Positions 30,270 through 39,151 of a stretch of DNA of 64,000 nucleotides are shown here, in pieces. The position numbers and the translations under genes were made by a program. Every line of letters starts with the position of its first letter. Within the stretch, counting starts at the first letter, position 1. Where the stretch lies: NCBI GenBank assembly GCA_965223345.1, contig CBDCWG010000012.1, positions 64,001 to 128,000 on the forward strand, written 5' to 3'. Source of the stretch: Nitrospinales bacterium. Lineage in GTDB: Bacteria; Nitrospinota; Nitrospinia; Nitrospinales; VA-1. The notes under the pieces are model-generated. The model searched no databases. It was not told where the DNA came from and was given only the letters and a program-made list of their open reading frames with translations.

Positions 30270-32414
30270 TCAGTTCAGAGTGTACGTTTCCCGGTCTTCG
30301 ATCAAATCGAGAGCCTGCACCGGGTCGGTTGTCGGGAATTTGCAAATGCTATTCTCGCACACATAAACGGTGGTGTCCTCTTTAAGTGAGACTTTTCCGG
30401 AAAAAATCGCAAAATCACTCTGTGCACCATTGGGCACATATCCCAGGATCTTATTGGGAATAAACCGCGATCGCAGCATTTTGAGAACGGAATTTTTTTT
30501 TGGCGAATCGGCCGGCCCCACCACAACAATCTCCTTGGCGCGGTCGAGATAAAAATCCAGAGCCACGAGCATCTGCGCGTGGGCTTTGGGAATGTCGATC
30601 GTCCGCTGCGCCGCCAGGGTCAAAATGGTTTTCGCTTTTTCCAGATAGGCTTTTTGCAGCGTGAACCCGTGCAGCCGGATGGCATTGAGGGCGGCGACAG
30701 CGTTGCCGTTTGGCCGCGCCCCGTCGGCGAAGGTGCGGCCGCGCACCGGCAGCAGGTGTCCGTTTTTCTCGGAAAGGAAATAGCCGCCGACCGCCGCATC
30801 CCAGAACAAAGTGCCCTGTTTTTCTTGAAGTTTCACCGCCCAGTCGAGCCAGGCTTCGTCGAAATCGGATTCATACAGGTGGATCAGGCCCTGGATGAGG
30901 TAGGCGTAATCGTCGAGCGACGCCGGATGCCGCGCCTCGCCGTCGCGGTAACGGCGCAGTAATTTCCCTTCGCTGTAAAGGTGCGTGGCGAGAAAGCGGG
31001 CGGCGTTCTGCGCGGCGGCGAGATAGCGGCTGTCTCCCAATATCTGGTGCGCCCGCGCGAACGCGCCGAGCATGAGTCCGTTCCAGGCGGTGAGGACCTT
31101 GTCGTCCTTCAAAGGCGCCGGACGCTGTTGCCGCGCGGCGCGCAGTTTCATTTGCGCCGACTTCATGAAGGGATCGGATTTGTCTTTCCAGAGCGCGCCG
31201 TCTTTCAGATACAGGATATTCGCCCGTTCGTTCTCATCGCCGAAATTGCCTTCCGGCGTCACCTCGTACACCTCGACGAAGCGTCCGTATTCTTCGGCGT
31301 CGAGGATGCGTTTGAGTTCGGCCTCCGTCCAGACGTAATAACGCCCCTCCTCGCCTTCGCTGTCCGCGTCCTCGGCGGAATAAAAACCGCCCGCCTTTCC
31401 GGTCATCTCTCTCAGCACATAATCGAGCACGTCGCGGGCGACCGCTTCGAACAGGGGGTCCTGCGTGATCTGAAACGCTTCCAGATACACCGATGCGAGC
31501 AGGGCCTGGCTGTAAAGCATCTTTTCAAAATGCGGCGTGCGCCACGCACGGTCGGTGGCGTAGCGGTGAAACCCGCCGCCCACGTGGTCGTAAACCCCGC
31601 CGCGCGCCATGCGCCGCAGGGTCGAGACCACCCGGTCCAAAGGCCGGGCGTCGCCGCTGCGCAACGCCATGCGCAGCAGAACCTGCAACCGCAGCGCCGG
31701 AGGGAATTTGGGCGTGCGTCCGAAACCGCCGTGCTGCGGGTCGAAATCGTTTTCGTATTGCGCGAAGACGTCCCGGAAGATGGCATCCTCAAGCGCAACG
31801 TCACCGGCCTGGATCGCAGCGGACTCCTTGAGAAACGCCATCACGCCCTCCCCGACGGCGGCGATTTTCGCGGGCTCGTTTTTCCAGGCCGCTGCAAGCT
31901 CATCCAATGTCCGCAGAAGCGCCGCACGCCGGAGGTAAGTCGCACCGAAAAAGGGGATGCGTTCGGGAGTCATGACGATGGTCATGGGCCAGCCGCCCCG
32001 GCCGGTCATGGCCTGCACCACACTCATGTACATCTGGTCCACGTCCGGCAACTCTTCCCGGTCCACCTTGATGCAGATGAAATGTTCGTTGAGCGTGCGC
32101 GCCACCTGCTCATCGTCGAAGGACTCGCTCTCCATGACGTGGCACCAGTGGCAGGTGGAATAACCGATGCTCAAAAACACCGGCTTGTTTTCCCGGCGGG
32201 CGGTTTCAAAAGCCAGCGGGCTCCAGGGAAACCAGTGGATGGGGTTGCTCGCGTGCTGCAGCAGGTAGGGGCTTTTCTCGTGCACCAGCCGGTTGCTGCG
32301 TTTTGCGGCGCCGTCCGCAGCGTGCGCGACGGCGGTACCGCCAGTGCAAGCGAACAAGAACCACACAAAGATCGTGGCGCTCAGGAATGCGAAGAAACGT
32401 CGTTCGTCATTCAT
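30270..32414 (-). CDS. Thioredoxin-domain DUF255/YyaL (SPATA20-like) protein with N-terminal export signal
   Basis: [47 protein letters not shown]. Confidence 0.93.
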   Translation of the reverse strand: MNDERRFFAFLSATIFVWFLFACTGGTAVAHAADGAAKRSNRLVHEKSPYLLQHASNPIHWFPWSPLAFETARRENKPVFLSIGYSTCHWCHVMESESFDDEQVARTLNEHFICIKVDREELPDVDQMYMSVVQAMTGRGGWPMTIVMTPERIPFFGATYLRRAALLRTLDELAAAWKNEPAKIAAVGEGVMAFLKESAAIQAGDVALEDAIFRDVFAQYENDFDPQHGGFGRTPKFPPALRLQVLLRMALRSGDARPLDRVVSTLRRMARGGVYDHVGGGFHRYATDRAWRTPHFEKMLYSQALLASVYLEAFQITQDPLFEAVARDVLDYVLREMTGKAGGFYSAEDADSEGEEGRYYVWTEAELKRILDAEEYGRFVEVYEVTPEGNFGDENERANILYLKDGALWKDKSDPFMKSAQMKLRAARQQRPAPLKDDKVLTAWNGLMLGAFARAHQILGDSRYLAAAQNAARFLATHLYSEGKLLRRYRDGEARHPASLDDYAYLIQGLIHLYESDFDEAWLDWAVKLQEKQGTLFWDAAVGGYFLSEKNGHLLPVRGRTFADGARPNGNAVAALNAIRLHGFTLQKAYLEKAKTILTLAAQRTIDIPKAHAQMLVALDFYLDRAKEIVVVGPADSPKKNSVLKMLRSRFIPNKILGYVPNGAQSDFAIFSGKVSLKEDTTVYVCENSICKFPTTDPVQALDLIEDRETYTLN

Positions 32415-32483
32415 GGTTCGGGTGATCCGGGGTGCGCTTCATTAGCGCGCTCTTGCAGAATGCACGTGGGTGCGCATCCCCAT

Positions 32484-32936
32484 TCACAGATGTTCGACGA
32501 TCAGCTTGCCCGCACGCAGGGATTTGAGTTTTTCCGCGATCGGCGTGCGGTGGCAGTGGCTGTGGTCCTTCTCCAGGCACACCAGCACGGCGCCTCCCGG
32601 CTCGATCCATTCGGACACCTGGCGCACAGCCGCTTCCTGTCCGGCGAGATGCAGCGCGTATTTCTCCAGAAAGGTCGCGTAATCCTTTCTGTCGTGGTAG
32701 CGGCGGCGGATTTCCGGCGGCGCGCCCAATTCCTTCACGTTGACGTATTCGATGCCTTTTTCTGCCAGCGCCTGCGCCAGCAGGTTTTTGGAAAATCCTT
32801 TTTTGCGGCTGATCGGGCGTTCGCGCACATCGACGACGAGCCGGATGCCGGCTTTCTGCAAATCCCGCACAAAGGTTTCGATCTCGTAGCCTTCGTATCC
32901 GATGGTGTGGAGGACCGGCGTTTGTTTGCGGCTCAT
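32484..32936 (-). CDS. DUF488 family protein
   Basis: TIGYEG, DVRERPISRKKGFSK, LVCLEKD...CHR; start overlaps the ABC-F stop (ATGA). Confidence 0.88.
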   Translation of the reverse strand: MSRKQTPVLHTIGYEGYEIETFVRDLQKAGIRLVVDVRERPISRKKGFSKNLLAQALAEKGIEYVNVKELGAPPEIRRRYHDRKDYATFLEKYALHLAGQEAAVRQVSEWIEPGGAVLVCLEKDHSHCHRTPIAEKLKSLRAGKLIVEHL

Positions 32937-34888
32937 TGCGCTTCCTCCCCCTCCCCGGCCGTTTCGATCTCGTGCGTCAGGGTCTCCCATTCCTGCATCA
33001 GGGATTTTTCCTCACCAGCCAGTTGCTGCTGGTCCTTGAGGGTCTGCATGAGCCGGGGTTTTTCGGATTCGTTGTGGATTGTAGGGTTGGCGAGCTCGGT
33101 TTCCAAGCGGTTTTTTTCCTGCAGCACGGTTTCCAGACGCGTTTCCACCTCGGCCAGCCGGGATTTGAGGGGCTTGAGCCTGCGGTGCCGCTCATTGCGG
33201 GCTTCGGCTTCCCGGCGCTTGCGTTCCCGGTCCTTCTGCGCGAGGGAATCCTTTTTCTCGGCGGGCGCGGCGGTCTCCTGCGGCTGCGTTGCCGCCTCGC
33301 GCGCCTTGGCGTATTGGTAGTCGCTGTAATTGCCGGGATACTCCCGCACCGTGTTGTCCGCGATTTCCCACACGCGGTTGACGATGCCGTCGAGGAAAAA
33401 CCGGTCGTGCGAAATGGTGCAGAGGGTGCCCTCGTAATCGGCCAGGGCGGCGGCGAGAAATTCGGTGGAACGCATGTCGAGATGGTTGGTGGGCTCGTCC
33501 AGCAGCAGCAAGGATGCGGGGGAAGCCATCATGCGCGCCAGGGCCAGCCGCGAACGCTCGCCACCGGAAAGCACGCCGACTTTTTTTTCCACGTCGTCGC
33601 CGGTGAACAGAAACGCACCGAGGATGTTGTGTTTTTCGGTGCGCAGCAGGTCGCCCGCCACTTCCTCTAGCGACTGCATGACGGTGTGGGAAGCGTCGAG
33701 GGATTCCGAATGGTGCTGGGCGTAGTAGGCGCGCGTGACGTTGGTGCCGGTTTTGATCTCGCCTTTCTGAAAATCCAGCACACCGGCCATGAGCTTGAGC
33801 AGCGTCGATTTGCCCGCGCCGTTTTCGCCCACCAGCGCGATCTTCCAGCCGCGCTCTAGGTTGGCGGAAAAATTGCGGTAGACCTCGACCGAGCCGTAAC
33901 CCTTATCGACCTCGTCGAGCGTGAGCACGATGCGGCCGGTGCGCGGCGGCTGCGGCAGCCGGAAATGGATCGACTTGGTACTCTGTGCGGTTTCGATGCG
34001 CTCCATTTTGTTCAGCATCTTGATGCGGCTCTGCACCTGCGTCGCCTTGGTGTTTTTGGCGCGAAAGCGTTCGATGAAGCGCTCGACCTCGGCGATGCGG
34101 CGCTGCTGGCCCGCCGCCTGCGCCTTCAGCCGCTCCTCGTTTTCCTTTTTTTGCGTTTCGTAGTCGTCGTAGTTGCCGGTGTACGAAGTGAGGACGCCCC
34201 GGTCCAGCTCGACGATGCGGCCGACCAGGCTGTTCAGAAACCGGCGGTCGTGGGAAATAAGAAGCAGACTGCCCTCGTGCGCTTTCAGAAACGCTTCCAG
34301 CCAGACCACGGAACCCAGGTCGAGGTGGTTGGTGGGCTCATCCAGCAGCAGCACATCGGGCTCCTGCAGCAACAGGCGCGCCAGCTCGACGCGCATGCGC
34401 CAGCCGCCGGATAGCTCGGTCATGCTTTTTTCAAAATCGCCGGTCTTGAATCCGAGCCCGGAGAGGATCTCCTTGGCCTTGGCTTCGCGTCCGTAGCCGC
34501 CGAGCGTTTCGTATTCTTCGTGCAGTGCGCCGATCCGCAGGCCCCACTGTTCGTGGCCGCCGTCTGCCTGCGGCCCCTGCGCTTCCGCCGCCGCGATTTC
34601 CCGCCGCACCCGTTCAAGCCGTTCGTCTCCCTTAAGCACACGCTCAAGCAGCGTCTCGTCGCCGCCCGCCACTTCCTGGGCGAGAAAGGAAACGCGCGCG
34701 CCCTTGCGGATGTGCACGCGGCCGGAATCGGCGGGTTCCTGCTGCGTGATCACTTTGAACAGGGTGGTCTTGCCCATGCCGTTTTCGCCGACCAGGCCGA
34801 CCTTCTCTTTCGGACGCAGGTGGAAACTGGCGTTCTCGAAAAGAACCTTCTTTCCGAACTGTTTTTGCAGGTTTTCGAGGAAAATCAT
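32933..34888 (-). CDS. ABC-F family ATP-binding protein (ribosome-associated, YheS/YbiT-like)
   Basis: Two ABC domains (GENGMGKTT/LSGGW/LLDEPTNHLD and GENGAGKST/LSGGE), no TM, C-terminal coiled coil. Confidence 0.95.
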   Translation of the reverse strand: MIFLENLQKQFGKKVLFENASFHLRPKEKVGLVGENGMGKTTLFKVITQQEPADSGRVHIRKGARVSFLAQEVAGGDETLLERVLKGDERLERVRREIAAAEAQGPQADGGHEQWGLRIGALHEEYETLGGYGREAKAKEILSGLGFKTGDFEKSMTELSGGWRMRVELARLLLQEPDVLLLDEPTNHLDLGSVVWLEAFLKAHEGSLLLISHDRRFLNSLVGRIVELDRGVLTSYTGNYDDYETQKKENEERLKAQAAGQQRRIAEVERFIERFRAKNTKATQVQSRIKMLNKMERIETAQSTKSIHFRLPQPPRTGRIVLTLDEVDKGYGSVEVYRNFSANLERGWKIALVGENGAGKSTLLKLMAGVLDFQKGEIKTGTNVTRAYYAQHHSESLDASHTVMQSLEEVAGDLLRTEKHNILGAFLFTGDDVEKKVGVLSGGERSRLALARMMASPASLLLLDEPTNHLDMRSTEFLAAALADYEGTLCTISHDRFFLDGIVNRVWEIADNTVREYPGNYSDYQYAKAREAATQPQETAAPAEKKDSLAQKDRERKRREAEARNERHRRLKPLKSRLAEVETRLETVLQEKNRLETELANPTIHNESEKPRLMQTLKDQQQLAGEEKSLMQEWETLTHEIETAGEGEEAQ

Positions 34889-34929
34889 GCGGGCAGGATA
34901 TCAGAACCGGCGGGCGGGCTATGCTTTTT

Positions 34930-35904
34930 TTACGCCCGGTACTCTCTGAGCTTGGGATTGAACGCCTCGCGCAGGCCCTCGCCGCACAGGTTGAACGCCA
35001 GCACGACGATGAAGATGGTGAGGCCGGGGATGAACGTGAGCCACGGGGCGTCGAAGATGAACTGCCTGCCGTCGGCGAGGATGTTGCCCCAGGTGGCGTC
35101 GGGGGGCTGCACGCCGAAGCCGAGAAAGCTGAGGGCGGACTCGGTGAGGATGGCGGTGGCCACGCCGATGGTGGCGGACACCAGCACCGGGGCCATGGCG
35201 TTGGGCACCATGTGCACGAAAATGATGCGCCATTCGGGAATGGCCTGGCTGTGCGCGGCGGCGACGAAATCCTGTTCGCGCAGCGACAGAAACTCGGCGC
35301 GCACGAAACGGGCGGTGCCCATCCAGCTGGTGAGGCCGATCACGATCATGATGTTGTAGATGCTGGGAGGCAAGAGCGCCACCACGGTGAGGATGAGGAA
35401 AAACGCGGGAAAGCACAGCATGATGTCCACAAAACGCATGATGAGCGTATCGACGGTCATGATGCCGAGCTTCACGCGGCCGTAAAACCCGGCGAGCCCG
35501 CCAAGCAGCACGCCCACCGATATGGAGATGCCGACGGCGATGAATCCGACGGTGAGCGACACCGAGGTGCCTTCGAGCATGCGCGCGAACACGTCGCGTC
35601 CCAACTCGTCGGTACCCATAAAATAGACGCCGAAGGCGGGCGCGTCTTCATCGGGCACCAGACCGCCGTTGAAGGTGGAAAGCGGCGGTTTGAATTTTTC
35701 CGAAAGGCGCACTGTCTGCGGATCGAACACGACGATGTAGCGCGTGAGCACTTTGCCCAGCACGGCGAGCAGCAAAAATCCGATGAGAAACCAGAAACTC
35801 GCGTGCGCCATGCGGTTGCGCTTGAAGATCTGCCAGCGTTCCTGAAACAGGCTCATCTGCGGCTTCAGCGCATCGGCTTCCAGTGTGCGGGCTTCGTCGT
35901 TCAC
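34930..35904 (-). CDS. Peptide/nickel ABC transporter permease (DppC/OppC type)
   Basis: GTDELGRDVFAR, ARFVRAEFLSLRE, HMVPN, ESALSFLG, GEGLREAFNP. Confidence 0.93.
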   Translation of the reverse strand: MNDEARTLEADALKPQMSLFQERWQIFKRNRMAHASFWFLIGFLLLAVLGKVLTRYIVVFDPQTVRLSEKFKPPLSTFNGGLVPDEDAPAFGVYFMGTDELGRDVFARMLEGTSVSLTVGFIAVGISISVGVLLGGLAGFYGRVKLGIMTVDTLIMRFVDIMLCFPAFFLILTVVALLPPSIYNIMIVIGLTSWMGTARFVRAEFLSLREQDFVAAAHSQAIPEWRIIFVHMVPNAMAPVLVSATIGVATAILTESALSFLGFGVQPPDATWGNILADGRQFIFDAPWLTFIPGLTIFIVVLAFNLCGEGLREAFNPKLREYRA

Positions 35905-35914
35905 GTCCGGTTCC

Positions 35915-36874
35915 TCATAGCTTGATGCGCGGGTCCGCCACCGCGTACAGAATGTCGGAGATCAGCGTGCCCGCCAGCACCAGGATCGCGGCGATGAAGT
36001 TGAGCGTCAGGATCACGGGAAAATCCCGCGCCAGGATCGCCTCGTAGCCGAGCTTGCCGAGGCCGGGCCAGGCGAAGATGGTCTCGAAAATCACCGAGCC
36101 GCCGATGAGCGCCGGGATGGTCAGACCGAACAGGGTGATGAAGGTCAAAAGGGCGTTGCGCAGGCCGTGCTTGTAGATCACCACATCCTCGGACAACCCC
36201 TTGGCCCGGGCGGTGCGCATGTAGTCCTGGTTGATGACTTCGAGCATCTGCGAGCGCACGTAGCGGGAGAGCACCGCGGTCCCGGCGACGGCAGACATGA
36301 GCGCCGGTATGGTGAGGTGCCAGAGGCGGTCCATCGATTGAAACAGCAGCGCGGAATTTTCCAGGCCGAACGTGCGCATGCCGATCACCGGCACGTCGAA
36401 GGTCTGCACCATGTAGATGATGACGATGTAGGACAGGAAAAAACCGGGGATCGAGATCAGGGCGTAGGACAACAGGGTCCCCGTGTGATCGAGGATGGAC
36501 CCGCGATTGACGGCGCCCTGGATGCCGACGGGAAAGGCCAGAAACCAGGTGATCAGGGTGCCCAGCAAAAACAGCGGCAGGGAATTCAGAAACCGTTCCC
36601 AGATTTTTTCCAGCACCGGCCGGCCGTCCTTGAATGATTTGAGTTCACCGGTGAACAGGTCGCGCATCCAGTACGCGTACTGCACGGTGAGCGGTTCGTC
36701 GAGGTGGAAGGCGGCGCGGATGCGCTGGATGTCCTCGGGCTTCAGCATGGGATTGGACGGATCGACGAGACTCGGCTCTCCCGGCGCGAGGTGCACGATG
36801 GTGTGCGAGATGATCGAAACGAAAAACAACAGTATGATTTTCTGCCCGATGTTTCTGAGGATGAAGTTGGTCAT
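35915..36874 (-). CDS. Peptide/nickel ABC transporter permease (DppB/OppB type)
   Basis: LAPG, DYMRTARAKGL, KHGLRNAL, ETIFAWPGLG, DILYAVADPRI. Confidence 0.93.
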   Translation of the reverse strand: MTNFILRNIGQKIILLFFVSIISHTIVHLAPGEPSLVDPSNPMLKPEDIQRIRAAFHLDEPLTVQYAYWMRDLFTGELKSFKDGRPVLEKIWERFLNSLPLFLLGTLITWFLAFPVGIQGAVNRGSILDHTGTLLSYALISIPGFFLSYIVIIYMVQTFDVPVIGMRTFGLENSALLFQSMDRLWHLTIPALMSAVAGTAVLSRYVRSQMLEVINQDYMRTARAKGLSEDVVIYKHGLRNALLTFITLFGLTIPALIGGSVIFETIFAWPGLGKLGYEAILARDFPVILTLNFIAAILVLAGTLISDILYAVADPRIKL

Positions 36875-36940
36875 TGCCGTTAAAAGCCCGTGTGACCGGC
36901 CGCTTGCAACCGTCGGAGTTTCTTCGTTATACTTCGCGAT

Positions 36941-37690
36941 ATGGACATTCTACAACTCAGTCATTATCTGGACAACCTGCTCGACATCCGCGCCATCAAG
37001 GACGCGCCCAACGCGGTGAACGGCCTGCAGGTGCAGAACACCGGCGAGATCCGCCGGGTCGGTCTTGCGGTGGATGTGTGCGCGGCGACGATCGCGATGG
37101 CCGCCGAGCAAAAGTGTAACATGCTCTTTGTGCATCACGGATTATTTTGGGGCGGGCTGCAACCGATCCGCGGGACGTATTACGACAAGCTCGCGGCGAT
37201 GCTCCGGGCCAATCTGGGCCTGTACGCGGCGCACATCCCGCTCGACATGCACCCGGTGCTGGGCAACAACCGGACGCTCGCCGATTGCATCGGCCTGTCG
37301 CAGCTCAAACCGTTCGGGGAATACGACGGGCAGAAAATCGGGCTGAAAGGCGAGATCGCCCCGCAGAGCGCACAGGCTTTGGGAAAATCGCTGGAGAAAA
37401 AACTCGGCGCGCCGGTGCGCGTGATCGGCGAAGGCGAGGTGCGCACGGTGGGGCTGGTGACCGGCGGCGCGGCGGACATCCTGCGGCAGGCGCAGCGCGA
37501 GCCGCTGGACTGCTACATCACCGGCGAAGGCTCCAACCACCACTTCCACGAAGCGATGGAAGGAAACTGCGTGCTGATCCTGGCCGGGCACTACGCCACC
37601 GAAACCGGCGGCGTGCGTGCGGTCGGCCGTCACCTGGAAGAAAAGTTCAGCCTAGAGACGGCCTTTCTCGACCATCCTACAGGCATGTGA
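36941..37690 (+). CDS. Nif3-like dinuclear metal center protein (YbgI/DUF34)
   Basis: NGLQV, VHHGLFW, HIPLDMH..LGNN, TGE, AGHYATE. Confidence 0.95.
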   Translation: MDILQLSHYLDNLLDIRAIKDAPNAVNGLQVQNTGEIRRVGLAVDVCAATIAMAAEQKCNMLFVHHGLFWGGLQPIRGTYYDKLAAMLRANLGLYAAHIPLDMHPVLGNNRTLADCIGLSQLKPFGEYDGQKIGLKGEIAPQSAQALGKSLEKKLGAPVRVIGEGEVRTVGLVTGGAADILRQAQREPLDCYITGEGSNHHFHEAMEGNCVLILAGHYATETGGVRAVGRHLEEKFSLETAFLDHPTGM

Positions 37691-37696
37691 AACCCC

Positions 37697-38113
37697 TCAA
37701 TGCCCGATCTCGATGTTCGTGGGAGACTCTTCCCACAAATACAGCTGATTGCGTGCGCCGAACTGCAACGGATAGATGTGGCCGGCGGTGTGGTAGACCA
37801 CGCAGTTGTCGTAGCCTTCGTGCCATCCCACCCTGTATTCGGATTGCGACGCGTACTGGCTTTCGTCTTTGATGAATCCGTAGGCGGGATTGTTGGCACA
37901 GGCGTGGCCGCTGTCGCAACCGTCGCGGAACCCGCGCTTGAACTCGACGGACTTGTCGGAACCGACTTTGCGATCGACTTCCGCGAGCGTCGTGGCTTTG
38001 GGGCCGCGTTCGAACAGGGGTGACCCGGCGAAGAAGGGTTCGTAGGTCGTGCAGCCGGAAACGGCGACGGCAAGGCACAGCAGGGCCCACCGCCAAGAGG
38101 ATACTTTGAACAT
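37697..38113 (-). CDS. Hypothetical lipoprotein
   Basis: Lipobox VSGC; FKRGFRDGCDSG and YRVGWHEGYDNC motifs; RBS AAGGAG before ATG 38113. Confidence 0.75.
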   Translation of the reverse strand: MFKVSSWRWALLCLAVAVSGCTTYEPFFAGSPLFERGPKATTLAEVDRKVGSDKSVEFKRGFRDGCDSGHACANNPAYGFIKDESQYASQSEYRVGWHEGYDNCVVYHTAGHIYPLQFGARNQLYLWEESPTNIEIGH

Positions 38114-38196
38114 GGATCGCTCCTTGAACCTGCGGAAGCGCACCGGTTACATGCGGTTCGCTCCCTATCCTCCTGCGCTGCCCCGGCCCCCCAGGG

Positions 38197-39021
38197 TTAA
38201 AACGAAAATCGGTATTTCTGAAACAGTTCCGGCGTGACCACGCTGGCCCCTTCCTTGCGCACTTCCTGCTCGATGCGCTTGATCGCCATGTCGCGGATGA
38301 AGGGAATGGGAATGCGCATGACTTTGTTCAGCGCTTCCTCCTGCCATTCGAGGCCAAGCTCCGGCGGTTTCTCTTTTTCTTTTTCGATCTGCTCGTCGCG
38401 TTTCAAATCCTCTTCGGTGACTTCCATGCCCATGGCTTCCTTGGCCGATGCGGGCATGATGTTGGTGAACACTTCCTCGATGATGCCGGGGTTCACCATC
38501 TTGTCGCCGCGTTCGCGGGCGCGGGCCTCGATGGTCTGCTTGGCCATGCCGAGAACGAAGGGCGGCACTTTTTCCATCTTCGCGAGCGCTTCCTTGCTCC
38601 AGGGCATTCCCGAAGTGGGCGCGACGTCCATGTAGTTTTTGAATTTGTCGATGATGTCGTCTTTCTTCTCGGTGCGCAGCGCGAGAAAGTCCTGGATCTC
38701 TTCGATCACCTCGACCTTTCTCGGGCTCTCTTTCATTTTCTCTTTGGCCTCTTCGAACGCGCCCATGGACAGTTCCTCGAAACCGAACTGCTTGACGCGC
38801 TTGGAGACCAGCATCATCGATTCGTTCCTGATTTCCGTCAGAAAGTCGGATTTGATGATTTTATAACCGCGCTTGACGGCGCGCTGCACCATCAGCTTCT
38901 TGATGCCGGGGCGCACGAATTCGGGGGCGTGCTTGATGCGGTCCCAGGCTTCCTGGGTCCACACGACGCCGTTTTCGTCGGCGTAAGGGTGTTCGATGCC
39001 CTCAATCTGCATGCTTTTCAT
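38197..39021 (-). CDS. Protein of three tandem PCP_red-like (protochlorophyllide-reductase C-terminal) domains
   Basis: Three W(T/S/Q).EA.......P.F(V/I) units: WTQEAWDRIKHAPEFVR, WSKEALAKMEKVPPFVL, WQEEALNKVMRIPIPFIR. Confidence 0.8.
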   Translation of the reverse strand: MKSMQIEGIEHPYADENGVVWTQEAWDRIKHAPEFVRPGIKKLMVQRAVKRGYKIIKSDFLTEIRNESMMLVSKRVKQFGFEELSMGAFEEAKEKMKESPRKVEVIEEIQDFLALRTEKKDDIIDKFKNYMDVAPTSGMPWSKEALAKMEKVPPFVLGMAKQTIEARARERGDKMVNPGIIEEVFTNIMPASAKEAMGMEVTEEDLKRDEQIEKEKEKPPELGLEWQEEALNKVMRIPIPFIRDMAIKRIEQEVRKEGASVVTPELFQKYRFSF

Positions 39022-39151
39022 AGGCTTGAGCGGGACCGGGCCCGCGTGAGTTTGTCTGGATTTTTCACTTAAAAACTACTTGAACCGGCAGGGGATGTCA
39101 ATTATTTTGCAGGGTTTTAAAACCCGCTCGCATGTTGTATAAATTATTAAA

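Noticed and set aside
30981..33320. 779-aa plus-strand ORF spanning three genes
   Set aside because: Antisense to the DUF255, DUF488 and ABC-F genes; no recognisable motifs.
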